Below the pieces are notes generated by a model. It worked only from the letters and a program-made list of their open reading frames with translations, did no database searches and had not been told where the DNA came from. The position numbers and the translations under genes were made by a program. Source: Octopus sinensis (Eukaryota). From it: a stretch of 64,000 nt of DNA. Positions 50,319 through 63,603 of the stretch are shown one piece after another. Where the stretch lies: assembly GCF_006345805.1 (NCBI RefSeq), contig NC_043024.1, positions 16,244,001-16,308,000 of the forward strand, read 5' to 3'. Each line of letters begins with the position of its first letter. Within the stretch, counting starts at the first letter, position 1.

Positions 50319-50845
50319 ATACAATTTTCACATTCCTAATCTAACTATATGAAGTATATTGGAATGCAAGATAATATGATGGATTTTAAGTATTAATATT
50401 ATGGATTATTGCAGTAGAATAACCAAGGAAGTATATATAGATTTAAAGACTCTCATCAAAAGTAGTAATTTTTAATTTTTACTTTACATTTCAGAAAAAA
50501 AACCATTTTACAATTTTATTCCAAATTTTTTTAAAAACTATCATTCGATATATTATACAATATTCATATTTTATATCTCTGAAGAGCATTATCTATAAAT
50601 GCTTATCAATATAGGATTTCATTATAGGGACAACTCTTCTGCAAAACGATCATAAGATGCTTAAATAATTAATTCAAAACTTTTAAATTATCAAATTTAT
50701 TTTATACATTATATTTATATTTTTATATTTAATTATTTTATATATGTTTTTAAATCAATATGTTCTTTCGCACGGGTATATCTTTATGATGAGTTTGGAT
50801 ATTAATTTCCTTGTATTAATAATAATATATTATTAAAAAATATAC

Positions 50846-50880
<35 letters not shown>

Positions 50881-50883
<3 letters not shown>

Positions 50884-51068
50884 GAAGAATTCACAAAAAA
50901 GCAAAAGATGAAGACAGGTGGTGTAGACAACAAACAGATGTATTTTATTAACGCTCAGGAAGTGAAAATGTCTTTAACGTTTCGAGCCTACGCTCGTCCA
51001 CAGAAAGGAACACAGAAAGAAAAAGGAGAGAAAATAAAGAATGTGTAGTGGCTAGCGATCTACCATGG
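50881..51068 (-). mobile_element. H1 family element, copy 3
   Basis: 3' end abuts (TA)n; hammerhead at 50971-51008. Confidence 0.8.
50971..51008 (-). ncRNA. Minimal hammerhead fold with U6 (H1)
   Basis: CCUUU-CUGUGGA-C-GAGC(GUAG)GCUC-GAA-ACGU-U-AAAGA. Confidence 0.55.
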
Positions 51069-52083
51069 CAAATCATTACAATATTATAAATCAGGAGAAG
51101 TGCATACTCTATAAAATATAGAGCAGTTATCTATTTGTGTATGTGTAATGTAAGTTTAGAAAAAAACCCATTGGTTTCATGTCTAGCATGAACTAGACAT
51201 CTCTTCAGTTTCTCTAAACAGTAACCATTCTCTGCAAAGAATGCTTGTTTTAAAACACAAGAACGCCGGTGAAAGTTCAAGAAATAATCCTCTTTAAAAA
51301 TATAGCTGGGTGAGTTGTTTTCCTTCGCTTCATAGCTAGTTTTCCAATTTTGAAGTATAAATTTCCAAAAATGTGGACAACTCCCCATACATATATTCAT
51401 ACAACTCCCCACATAGCTAGAAATAGCAGCCAAATCTTTGAAGGTGAGATATATTAAATGCATTTGACAAAACCCAGGGAAAAAAATTATGAAGTTATGA
51501 ATGGGTCTTTTACGAAATATTTATCATATTTTTAAAGTCATTTTCACTTTAAAATATTTTTTAAATATGCAAAAAATAATTTTTGCAATGGTATTCACTT
51601 GAAAATAATTTAAAACATTAAAATATTGTCAGTTTAAAGAAAGCTAAAATATTAATACTTACTGTACAAACAACTTACATTTTTGAAATCACATTCAGTT
51701 AAAAATATTTCTAAATGATTAAAATATCAACAAAAGTGAAAATAGAAATATTTACTATAAAAAACAAATCGTATTTATCAAGTCACTGTATCTAATCGAA
51801 AGATGAGAGTTTCTCACCTTTCAGGGTTAAGTTATTTTCAGAATACATTCCCATTATGCAACTTTTTGGGTATTTATACCCCAAAACCCCCTAATATCTC
51901 AACAACCACTTGTCCAATTTAAGCGAAATTTGTTTTATTCCATTTGTATTCACAATTCAGGGGAAACTTAGTTCATAGTATTTTCCCATTTTGCGCCAAT
52001 TTGGCTGGGTAAGACTGTAAGTAGAAACTCCATAGTAAGTTTCTAATTGCCTATTTTTGGAAGACTATAAAAGACTATAGAAA

Positions 52084-52279
52084 GTAATTGTCATTTTAGT
52101 AAATAAATAAATAAATCAACATAATATAATGTCTAAAAGTTGAAGAACCACCTATTGATCCCTTCCATTTTCTTATTGCTCTCTCTCTCTCTAAATATAT
52201 ATTTTCAATAATAATAAAGGGTAAAATTAATTCATTTATTAATTAATAATTTTACCAAGTAGTTCGGTATGTTAAAAGA
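52084..52279 (+). mobile_element. About 200 bp insertion with 17 bp direct repeats and degenerate hammerhead (H7, 52135-52237)
   Basis: AAAAGACTATAGAAAGT at 52069-52085 and 52287-52303; AAAAG-UUGAAGA-ACC...GGU-AAA-AUUAAU-U-CAUUU. Confidence 0.7.
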
Positions 52280-52829
52280 TCCTACAAAAGACTATAGAAA
52301 GTGAATTTCAGTTTGTGATAATCACTGAGTGAATGAGTTGAAATGTCATCACTGATTGGATAATCTGGAGTAAAGGTATTTTATTGCCTGACAATATAAC
52401 CAATATTTGAGAAATAGGAGGGACAAGTTAGGCTAAAACTCAAAGCAATGGAAATATATGAGACAAAATTGTATAATGGACATAAGACTACATAGAATTG
52501 CTTTAAAAGTTGATACTGAAATACATGTAAAAAATATAAAGTGCAAAGGAAATAATTTAAGATGTCTCAAGCGAAACTGAGTAATGATGGATAAAACTAA
52601 AACACATTAGTGTATACAAAACACACACATACACACACACACACACAGAATAATATTTCTTTTTTTAACTGCAAAGTGTTGAAGTGAGACAGACAGAAAG
52701 AGAAGAAAACAAAAACAAGCTATAAAGTAAAGCATAACTTTCTAGTTTCTACATTTCAGCTACAAACCATACAATTTATGTCAATCTAAATGATTTAGAA
52801 ATAAAGCTGGCATCCTTAGTATAACTAGT

Positions 52830-53460
52830 GAAGAATCGTGTGTGGTAAGAAGCTTGCTTCTCAATCACATGGTTCTGGGTTCAGTCCCACTATGTGGCAC
52901 CTTGGGCAAGTGTCTCCTACCATAGCCTTGGGCTGACTAAAGCCTTGTGAGTGGATTTGGTAGACAGAAACTGAAAAAAGCGGTGAGCTGGCAGAATCGG
53001 TAGTGCACCGGGCGAAATGCTCAGCGGTATTTCGTCTGCCATTACGTTCTGAGTTCAAATTCCACCGAGGTCGACTTTGCCTTTCATCCTTTCAGGGTTG
53101 ATAAATTAAGTACCAGTTACGCACTGGGGTCAATATAATTGACTTAATCTGTTTGTTTGTCCTTGTTTGTCCCCTCAATGTTTAGCCCTTTGTGGGCAAT
53201 AAAGATATAAGAAACTGAACAAAGCCTGTCATATATATATATATGGATATGTTTGTGTGTCTGTGTTTTCCCCCCACCCATCCCTTGACAACTGATGTTG
53301 GTGTGTTTATGTCCCCATACATTAGTGGTTCGGCAAAAAAGATTGATAGAATAAGTACTAGGCCTATAAAGAATAAGTCAAGGGATCAATTTGTTCGACT
53401 AAAGGCAGTGCTCCAGCATGGCTGCAGTCAAATTACTGAAACAAGTAAAAGAATAAAAAA
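52830..53460 (+). mobile_element. SINE family A interrupted by a family B SINE
   Basis: Halves 52830-52980 and 53210-53460 are colinear with the family. Confidence 0.85.
52981..53209 (+). mobile_element. SINE family B, nested
   Basis: 15 bp TSD AGAAACTGAA(A/C)AAAG at 52966-52980 and 53210-53224. Confidence 0.9.
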
Positions 53461-53724
53461 AACAAAAAGAACATGCGTGCGCACACACACACACACACAC
53501 CACACACACCACACACACACACACACACACATACATACACACACATACACACATGGCTTTAAAAATATTTTGTTTGTAAAAGCTGCAAATGGAAATGTAT
53601 GAAAAAATCTGGTTTTAGATGTAGTTTGACATTCTTTGTGTGTTTTTGTGCATCAGTGGTTTGTTGTTGTTTTTAAGGTTATTATTGCGTTTGTACTGAA
53701 AACAACCTTTACAGTAAGCCCTTG

Positions 53725-53914
53725 CCTATCACGGTTCACCTATCATGGTTCACCTATCGCAGTTCACCTATCGTGTTCATCTATCACAGTTCACCAATCA
53801 CAGTTCACCTATTGCAGTTCACCTATCACAGTTCACCTATCATGTTCACCTATCACAGTTCACCTATCGTGTTCACCTATCGCAGTTCACCTATCGCGGT
53901 TCACCTATTGCGGT
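53725..53914. repeat. 13-14 bp minisatellite, about 14 copies
   Basis: Core GTTCACCTATC with variable 2-3 nt linkers. Confidence 0.95.
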
Positions 53915-54025
53915 TTATTATTTAAGCTTACGTCAAATCTTTCGTAGTGTTATTTTACATTTATAATAAAATAAACATATGCAAATTATAAAAATAATAA
54001 AAAAATATATATCATACAGTACAGT

Positions 54026-54193
54026 ATAGGTGTAGGAGTGGCTGTGTAGTAAGTCTCTTGCTTATGAACCACATGGTTCCAGGTTCAGTCCCACTGCGTG
54101 GCACCATGGGCAAGTGTCTTCTACTATAGCCTCGGGCCGACCAAAGCCTTGTGAGTGGATTTAGTAGATGGAAACTGAAAGAAGCCTGTTGTA

Positions 54194-54241
<48 letters not shown>

Positions 54242-54436
54242 GTATGTGTGTGTATATGTTTCTGTGTCCGTGTTTGTCCCCCCCAACATCGCTTGACAAC
54301 CGATGCTCGTGTGTCTACGTCCCCCATAACTTAGCAAAAGGGACCGATAGAATAAGTACTAGGCTTACAAAGAATAAGTCCTGGAGTCGATTTGCTCGAC
54401 TAAAAGGCGGTGCTCCAGCATGGCCACCGTCAAATG
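54026..54436 (+). mobile_element. SINE family A
   Basis: Full-length match. Confidence 0.9.
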
Positions 54437-54618
54437 ACTGAAACAACTAAAAGAGTACTGTTTTTTCTTTATGGATTTTCACCTACCACAGGGATTTTTG
54501 GAACATAACACCCTCGATAGTCAAGGAATTACTGTATATTAATATTCATAGTGTAAAAATAATGTCTGGAGTATATATATATATATATAATATATATATA
54601 TATTATATATATATATAC

Positions 54619-54666
<48 letters not shown>

Positions 54667-54694
54667 TATACATACATATATATATATATACACA

Positions 54695-54849
54695 TATTAA
54701 GAGGCTTGCTTCCCAACCACATGATTTTAGATCCAGTCTCACTGCATGACACCTTGAGCAAACGTCGTCTTCTACTATAGCCACAGGCCAACCGAAGCCC
54801 AACGAATGGATTTAGTGGTCAGAAACTGAAAGCAGCCCATCGTATAATT

Positions 54850-54892
<43 letters not shown>

Positions 54893-54937
54893 TGTGTGTG
54901 GGTATGTGTGTGTGTGTGTGTGTGTGTGAATGTGTGT

Positions 54938-54971
<34 letters not shown>

Positions 54972-55220
54972 TGTGTGTGTATCTGTGTGTGTCTTCGTGT
55001 CATTCTTTGTCTCCCACCATCACTTCACAACTGGGTTGGCGTGTTTTGGTTTCCATAACTTAGCGGTTCTACAAAAGGGAGTGATAGAATAAGTGTTAGG
55101 TTTAACAAAAAAAAATTAATTAATAAATAGGCACTGGAGTCAATTCATCCGACTAAAACTTCTTCAAGACAGTGCTCCAGTATGACCACAGTCTAATGAC
55201 TGAAGCAATTAAGAGATAAA
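54695..55220 (+). mobile_element. SINE family A, older variant with expanded (TG)n
   Basis: Diverged but colinear. Confidence 0.75.
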
Positions 55221-55262
55221 ATATATATACATACATACATATATAATATATACATATGTAAA

Positions 55263-55645
55263 TATTCTTTTATTTGTTTCAGTTAGCTGACTGTGGCCAT
55301 ACTAGAGCACCACTTCTAGGTGAACAAATCGACCCCAGGACTTATTCTTTGTCAGACTAGTTGTTATTCAACTGGTCTCTTTTGCCGAACTGCTAATTTA
55401 CAGGGACATAAACACACCAACACCGGTTGTTAAGCAATGGTGGAGAGACAAACAGACACACAAACATATTAATATATATATATGATGGGCTTCTTTCAGT
55501 TTCCGTCTATGAAATCCACTCACAAGGCTTTGGTTAGCCCAAGGCTATAGGAGAAGACACTTGCCCAAGGTGCCATGCAGTGGGACTGAACCCGGAACCA
55601 TGTGGTTGGGAAGCAAGCTTCTTATCACACAGCTACTCCTGGGCA
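55263..55645 (-). mobile_element. SINE family A
   Basis: Reverse complement match. Confidence 0.9.
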
Positions 55646-55656
55646 TATATATATAT

Positions 55657-55871
55657 ATTTCTTTACTACCCACAAGGGGCTACACACAGAGGGGACAAAT
55701 AAGGACAGACAAACGGATTACGTCGAACCCAGTGCGTAACTGGTACTTAATTTATCGACCCCGAAAGGATGAAAGGCAAAGTCGACCTCGGCGGAATTTG
55801 AACTCAGAACGTAACGGCAGGCGAAATACAGCTACGCATTTCGCCCAGCGTGCTAACGTTTCTGCCAGCTC
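55657..55871 (-). mobile_element. SINE family B
   Basis: Reverse complement match; flanked by GC(AT)n. Confidence 0.9.
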
Positions 55872-55873
55872 GC

Positions 55874-55916
<43 letters not shown>

Positions 55917-56179
55917 GCATCTGCCCAAAATACTGGGGCAAACATAAGAACAGTATACAGAGGGGCCGTAATAAGTCTAAGAGCAAACACATGATATGAG
56001 ACAGATATAATATTGAGGCCAGGAATGTGGTCTACAGCATAAAGTGCAAGGTGGGGGATTGTAAGAACAGGAATACATTAGGGAGACTTCTAGGAAACTA
56101 AAGCGTCAGCAGAAGTGTGATGACAGGAAAGAGTCGTCTATTCTCTGTCAGCCAGAAAGGAACATGGTGGCATGCTGAA

Positions 56180-56385
56180 CCAAATTCTTTTCTACACTAG
56201 ACACAAGATCTGAAATTTTGGAGGAGGTGGCCGGTCAATTAGATCGAACCCAGTATGCAACTGGTACTTAATTTATCAATCCTGAAAAGATGAAAGGCAA
56301 AGTCGACCTCGGTGGAATTTGAACTCAGAACATAAAGACAGACAAAATACAGCTAAGGATCTCGCCCGGCATGTTAACCTTTATG
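56180..56385 (-). mobile_element. SINE family B, tail variant
   Basis: B core present; tail like 46385-46480. Confidence 0.75.
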
Positions 56386-56496
56386 CTGAGCCAAACTGAC
56401 ATCCATATTATGTTCAAACAGATAGGAGACCTGTCACTTGGGACAAATATGACAAGAATGTCCTCGTAAATGAGACATTACCTATAGTAAAGACAT

Positions 56497-56862
56497 TACT
56501 CTTTACTTTTTTACTGGTTTCAGTTGGTTAACTGCGGCTATGCTGGAGCACTGCCTTTAGTCAAGCAAATCGACCCCAGGACTTATTCTTTGTAAGCCTA
56601 GTACTTATTCTATCGGACTCTTTTGCCGAACTGCTAAGTTACAGGGACGTAAACACACCAGCATCGGTTGTCAAGCGATGTTGGGGGGACAAACATAGAC
56701 ACACAAACATATACATACACACACATACATATATATACATATATATGACGGACTTCCTTCAGTTTCCGTCTACCAAATCCACTCACAAGGCTTTGGTCAG
56801 CCCGAGGCTATAGTAGAAGACACTTGCCCAAGGTGCCACGCAGTGGGACTGAACCCGGAACT
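56497..56862 (-). mobile_element. SINE family A, head truncated
   Basis: Reverse complement match. Confidence 0.9.
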
Positions 56863-57114
56863 CATATACTGAATAGAAAATATACATAATAGGTAGTTGA
56901 ACTTCAATGTCACTGTTATCACCTTTGCAATATGCATTTATGGGTGTGTCCATGTGGGTTGGAAGGTGGGTAGGTTGGTAAGTGGGCAGTTGGGTATGTA
57001 TGAGGGGGTACGCAAAAAAAATATAAAAGGTAAAGTAAGAAGGACAGTGGAATGCAGGTAGGCCCTTACAAATTAATACATGTAATATGTACAATTCTAA
57101 AACACATCTACAGA

Positions 57115-57480
57115 TGGACATGCACACATGCATACATGCACATACACACACACACATCATGCATACACATGTGCACACACCATGCATACACACACCAAGC
57201 ATACACACATGACATGCATATACACATATATACGCTGTACATGCACATGTACACACAAAATGCATACACATGCCACACATACACACTTACACACACCTTG
57301 CATACACACATACACATGCCATGCCACACATGTACACATGCCATGCATACACACATACAGACATGCACAGGCACACACACATGCACAGGCACACATACAC
57401 ACACACACAAGCATTTGCTCTTACCCTTATATCCTCTTCTAAGCAAACACACATCTACACATACAAGCATGCATACACAT
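57115..57480. repeat. Degenerate CA/CATG low-complexity array
   Basis: Directly visible. Confidence 0.9.
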
Positions 57481-57774
57481 AGACACCAAACCAATTCTCA
57501 GACAGATGCAGGCCTCACCTTGGAGCAACGGGAGAAGTCACTAAGTCACTGAAAAAGGTTGCTAACAGCTATGAAAGAACTTTGACAAACAACTGATTAA
57601 TTGTTTAACCAACATATTAAACAAATGATTGATTAGTTCGTTGGTTAGATATTTAAGCAACTGACAATAAAGAAGTGGATTTGAACCTGTGCATGTGCTG
57701 TTTATTATTGGTGTAATGACCGTCCCAAGACAATACATAAATACATATACATACATGCATACACTGATATATAT

Positions 57775-58007
57775 ATTTCTTTACTGCCCACAAGGGGCTA
57801 AACATAGAGGGGATAAACAAGGAAAGACAAAGGGATTAGGTCAATTACATCAACCCCAGTGCAAAATGGTACTTTATTTATTGACCCAGAAAGGATGAAA
57901 GGCAAAGTCGACCTTGGCGGAATTTGAACTCAGAACGTAACGACAGACGAAATACCGCTAAGCATTTCGCCCGGCATGCTAACGTTTCTGCCAGCTCCCC
58001 GCCTTGT
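57775..58007 (-). mobile_element. SINE family B
   Basis: 16 bp TSD ATACACTGATATATAT at 57759-57774 and 58008-58023. Confidence 0.9.
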
Positions 58008-58777
58008 ATACACTGATATATATGTTGGTGGTGGTGGCTTTATCTTGTATCCAAGAATTCATTTTCTTCTTTGTGGAATGCTTCTTTTATGGTGATGGTG
58101 TTGATGACTAAGCAAACCAATTCTTGCCTATGAGCCAATGTCATTGACTGCATGTCATTGACTGCATGTCATTGACTGGTGGAGGATGACGTTGATCTTG
58201 TCAAGCCTTTCTTTCCAGCTGTTTAATTTCTTCCTTTTCTCTTCTGAAAGTTTTTGGTTCCGATGGTGAATGTATGGGATTAATTATCACTAAATGCAAA
58301 TCTGTATTTTTCTGAGTCATGTTATACACTACTGTGATCATCAGGTGAACCGTTTCCACAGGATTTTAGCTGGTTTATACATGCTGGAGTAGGTTTATTC
58401 ATTTGTGTATACCTACCATTTTCATTGGCTGGTTTCTAAATAAGGTTTTTTTATGAAGTTGTCAATGGGTTTTCACTGGGTTTTTTTTTGCCAATTTATT
58501 GGTCTTTCTGTTTACAATGGTAGCTGTTACGACTGGACAGTTTTTGCATTTTAATTCTTATTTTCATCCTTCTTCATCAAAACAATAAACAAATAAACAA
58601 AAATAGAATATGGTAATGTTATCGACAAGTAGATACAGAATGGCTACTAAATCGGGCAATGAAAAGTAAAATATAGACAAACAACTCTGGCGAAACAGGA
58701 TAGAATTTAACAAAATGGAATACAATTCAATTATTGGCAAGTGGTGCAAGATGTCTACTATATTTGCCAATTAAAAG

Positions 58778-58819
<42 letters not shown>

Positions 58820-58827
58820 TGGGGTGT

Positions 58828-58871
<44 letters not shown>

Positions 58872-59007
58872 GAAGGGGATAAATGTTTTTATTTCTCCTT
58901 TAGTTTCAGAATTACTACTATTTTGCGGTTTGAGTTTAGCTGCTCTTTTCAAGTGAGTTGAACAGCCTGTCAGGGTCATTCCTTAATATTATTGTTGTGT
59001 ATATATA

Positions 59008-59046
<39 letters not shown>

Positions 59047-59054
59047 CATATATC

Positions 59055-59465
59055 ATCATCGTAGTTTAATATCCGCTTTCCATGGTGGCATGGGTTGGAC
59101 GGTTTGACTGAAGACTGGTGAGCCAGAAAGCTGCACCAGGCTCCAATCCGATCTGGCAAAATTTCTACAGCTGGATGCCCTTCCCAATGCCAACCACTCT
59201 GAGAATATAGTGGGTGATTTTTATGTGCCACCAGCACAAGGGCCAGTCAGGCGGTAGTGGCATCGACTATGCTTGAATGGTGCTTTTTATGTGCTACCAG
59301 CACGAGAGCTAGTCATGTAGCACTGGCAGCGATTAAGCTCGAATGGTGCTTTTTATGTGCCCACCAGTATGGGACCAGTCATGCAGCACAGGCATTGACC
59401 ATGCTTGAATTGTGCTTTTTACATGCCACTGGCATGGGAGCCAATTAAGTGGTACTGTCATTGGC
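59055..59465 (-). mobile_element. RTE LINE 3' UTR fragment
   Basis: Tail plus repeated GAATGGTGCTTTTTATGTGC units. Confidence 0.8.
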
Positions 59466-62400
59466 CAGAAGAAACAGTAACTTATCCTTATAGTACTTGG
59501 AGTTTTGAATGTCAGAGCAAAGAGCTACGATGCATTCTGGTCAGCTATTAATGGCAAGAGACGCTATGAAAAACTGTTGAAAAAAAGGGAAGTTACTCTA
59601 ATAGGTAGAAAAATAAAAAATAAAAAAGATAAAAAATACATGCAACCATATTCTCACAATACATAGACATAAACCTCCTGTGTTCATAATATCTACACAT
59701 GTACACACTCACACGAACATGTATATGTACATGCACATACGCACACAAACATATATGTATCTGCATACTCATACATACACACATATCTGCACACACATGC
59801 ACACATGCATATATATATGTGTGTGTATGTGTACGCAACATCATCCTCGGCCTTCAATTTCTGGTCTCACTGATCTTGCAAGCTTTTCTCTTGTCGGTGA
59901 TCTATTGTCATAGAAAAGCAAGAAAAAAGGTGAGATGGCCATAGCTGGAAAAGCTTTGAATATATGAATAGTTTGCTTAATCAGGATTACATGATACTAA
60001 ACAATAACCACAAAACCCACGATTGTAAGCACTAATAACTATTATAACTAACTTTACAAGCTCTTGTAGTCCCAATGCTAAGTAATGGGCATTAATAGTA
60101 ACTGTTACCTTCTCCTCAAAACTAACTAGTTTACTTTCTAATACTAACTAAAACAACCACCAATATTAATTAATGTAACTACTGGCAAGATGGCGAGCAG
60201 GCAGAAACAGCACACTTGGTGGAATACTTAGCAGTATTTTGTCTGTCTTTATGTTCTGAGTTCAAATTCTACCAAGAATGGAGTAGGAGAAAGAGTAGTA
60301 TAAGTGAAGGGAGAGGAGAAAAAAATAGTAGTTCAGTGAAGGAGAAATAGTGAGAGTAATAGTCCTGAATGAGAGTGAGTGTGAGAAAGTAATAGCAATG
60401 AGAGAAAGGAAGGGGTGATAGATGAATAAGGAAGAAGGGGTGAAAAAAGTTAGCGTTTCATCTCTGTGTGAGCATATGTGTGTATATGTAAAAGGAAGAT
60501 ATGTGAATGTTTGTGTGTGTGAGTGCAATGGAAATGGGATGTTGAATATTCAATGCTGAAAAGAAAAATCAAACAGCGTTTCAACTGTGTATGTGTATGT
60601 GTGTGCGTGTACAAGGGAAGTATATGAATGTTTGTATGTGTGAGTATTATGTATCTTATTTTCTACCTTCTTTATATATAAAATACTACAATTAGCTATT
60701 ATTTTTGATGGTTCAAGGTCAGCTAGTACTATTATAAATACCAATATTAATACACACACTAGTAACTACCATAACCACTAAACTATCTTAACTATTAAAA
60801 GATAGTTAAGTTAGTGTTAACATTTGACGTAGGGAGTATTAAAAACTCGTTATTTGCACTGTGTGTATGGTCAGATCTAAAATGATGATTAGCATAATTT
60901 ATTCTTGATATGTTTTAGCAAATTTGAATATGAATATGTTAATCATTGTTGTGTACGTCACAGAAGAAATTTCCCGTTTACAACTACAATGTGTTCGTAA
61001 CACTCAGTTCTTTTGGTGCAAAGGATTCTGTGATCGTTATTTGCACTGTGAATTAAAAAGTTGATGAGAAATAATAATGTAGTGAGAAAGATAATTAAGT
61101 TAGTATTAACAAAGTTTTGGAAACTTGGCCAAAAAGAAAATTCACATTTATAACTTTGCTTATTACAATGATTAAATAAAAGACGAGTGTTTTCTAGTTT
61201 TAGTTAGATTCTGAGATAATCGAATTGAATACTTAATCAATCAAACAAACAAACCATACAAAAACAGAGGCAGTTATTATTTTTTTTTTGTATGGATGAA
61301 TATATTGGATAAAAAATGTGTGTAGTTTGAGGGAAAATGGTTGCAGTGTAAAAATTTAGCATTCAGTATCCATCCTTTGTTTCAAGGGAAAATTTGATAT
61401 TTTATTAAGTGCAAGACAATATATATTTCTTTGTGTTGTTTAGTACAAATCACTACAGAAATAAATAAAATAAATCTTAGGTCAGAAATATGTGGGATGC
61501 CTCACATGTATACACTAGAGATTCTCTTTGTGTTTCTTTTAATAGCTGCACAAATTTCTTATCAGTAATCTATCTTTGCCATTATACTGCTCTATTTATT
61601 TGATTGCAAACACAGCTTTGTTTCAGGTGAAAAGAAATCAATGTTTTCTACATGTTGAGATAAATAAATATTTATTCAATAAATATAAAGTTCTACAGAA
61701 ATAATGATGGTAAAAATTGAAAATTAGAGAATAAGTGCAAAATATAAATCCTTCCTATCTCTCTGGAGATTGTAAGTGTTGGGTGGGGTGTAATTTCCAT
61801 GGAAATTTTCTTCATAGTTTAATAATGGAAGGCAAGGTTTATGATATAAGAAGCATATCCTTCCATCATTCTTCTTGTTCTTTATGTAGTTCAGGCTTCC
61901 GGCAGGTGAAGAGAAAAGATTTCAAGTGCAACTGGTTTATTTACAGGAAAGGTGAAGTGTGCTGCTCTCAGCTACCATCTTAAGCTCCGATAGTGTGGGT
62001 GCATTGCCTCTGGAGATAAACAGGCAGAAAGCCTCAGCGAGTGGTGGTGTTAAGCCAGTGCTGCAGTGAGGTGGTGCTGAAGAAGAGACAAGTCGGAATC
62101 GGTTTTCTGTCTTTATCGTTTCTGTGCTGCTACAATAGGAAGTAGATAAGTTAAGTTAATTTTTTGGCTCAAAAAGCAAAAAGCAAGGCCATGTAGGGGG
62201 GCATGGAGTTATGTACAGGGTGATGTTCATGCAAAGAGTTCAGGCCATTTGTGGTCAAGGGAGACTTTGAACCGAGCGGTGATAGATAAACCTCATTAAA
62301 CTGGCTCAAAAATTTCCCTCACTCTTATAAACACTCTTCATATATTTGTCCCCTTTTCACAATTCCCTGAACTTCTCCAATCATAAATAGCTTTTTCATT

Positions 62401-62901
62401 ATTGCCTGTCACAACTTTCACTGGAACATCATATATCTCAAATTGTGATTTAAATTTGTTTATGATTGGCCGTTTCCTATAATCAATGAGTCCACTGTTC
62501 TAATTCACAAAAATGAGAGACTGGACATTCTTGTATTAAAACAAATCTGCTGCAGTTGTTGACTGTTATAACTCTGGCACTTATTTGAGTGGCGCTTCAG
62601 TTTTGTCAGTTTCTTTGGCGCTAGAAACAATTTTCTCATTTGTTAACCAGTTCAGTGATGTCTTCAGACATCCCAGGCCATTACAAAAGTTTGCTTTCTA
62701 TCTTTGGACATAATGTTTATGTTTATCACCTCATTGCCTTTGGAACACTAGAACAATGGTGAGAAGCTTGTTTCCCAACCACATGGTTCTGGGTTCAGTC
62801 CTGCTGTGTGGCAATTTGAGCAAGTGTCTTCTACTATAGCCTCAAACCAACCAAAGCCTTGTGAGTGGATTAGGTAGGCGTTAAATGAAAGAAGCCCATC
62901 G

Positions 62902-62939
<38 letters not shown>

Positions 62940-62940
62940 T

Positions 62941-63128
62941 AGGGAGAGTTTACGAAAAAACAATAGATGAAGACAGGTGGTGTACAAAACAAACAGATGT
63001 ATTAGTATAATGCTCAGGAATAGAAAAAGTCTTATACGTTTCGAGCCTACGCTCTTTGACAGAAAATGACACAGAAAAAACAAGGAGAGAAAAAAATGTG
63101 TGTAGTAACTAACGATCTATCATGCCGA
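62941..63128 (-). mobile_element. H1 family element, copy 4
   Basis: Hammerhead 63030-63067 with core CUGUCAA (G8 lost); 3' end abuts (TA)n. Confidence 0.75.
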
Positions 63129-63227
63129 CTAGTGCCGGACAGAAGGGTCAAACACAAGGAGGAAAGTAGGGGAGATAACAAGGGGAGATAACATATATAT
63201 ATATATGTATATACATATATATATATA

Positions 63228-63603
63228 TATAAACAACTTATAAAAAAGGGCAAACGAAAAAATTTCTAATGCCAAATATGCCGAAATTAGACACCTTGTC
63301 CATAACCATATAATTTTTCACAATACGCACGCTACTCAAAAAAGGTCGACAGAAATTTCTAAAAAAATTCCATTATTACCATATCGGACCGATTTCAGGG
63401 TTAGTTCATAAGAACCCTCCCTTCATCAGTGATAATTGTGGCAAAGAAATAAATGAGATACTTACTCATACCCATGGAATTTTATATGATTGTTTATGAT
63501 TGGCCGTTTCATAAAAATTATATGGTTATGGACAATGTGTCTAATTTTGGCATATTTGGCATTAGAAATTTTTTCATTTGCCCTTATTTATAAGTTGTTT
63601 ATA
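63228..63603. mobile_element. Element with 91 bp inverted ends and an internal hammerhead
   Basis: Arms 63228-63318 and 63513-63603; left end in (TA)n. Confidence 0.8.
63375..63436 (-). ncRNA. Type I hammerhead fold, canonical core (H5)
   Basis: AUUAUCA-CUGAUGA-AGGG(18 nt)CCCU-GAA-AUCGGUCCGAU-A-UGGUAAU. Confidence 0.75.

Noticed and set aside
50579-50602. CUGAAGA followed by hairpin GCAUU/AAUGC
   Set aside because: GAA and the palindrome are missing after stem II
51131-51463. 110 aa minus-strand ORF in non-repetitive-looking DNA
   Set aside because: Begins in a dispersed repeat motif (GCTAGAAATAGCAGCCAAATC) and has no recognisable domain
53725-53914. CRISPR-like appearance
   Set aside because: Units are directly adjacent with no unique spacers, no cas genes, and the context is eukaryotic
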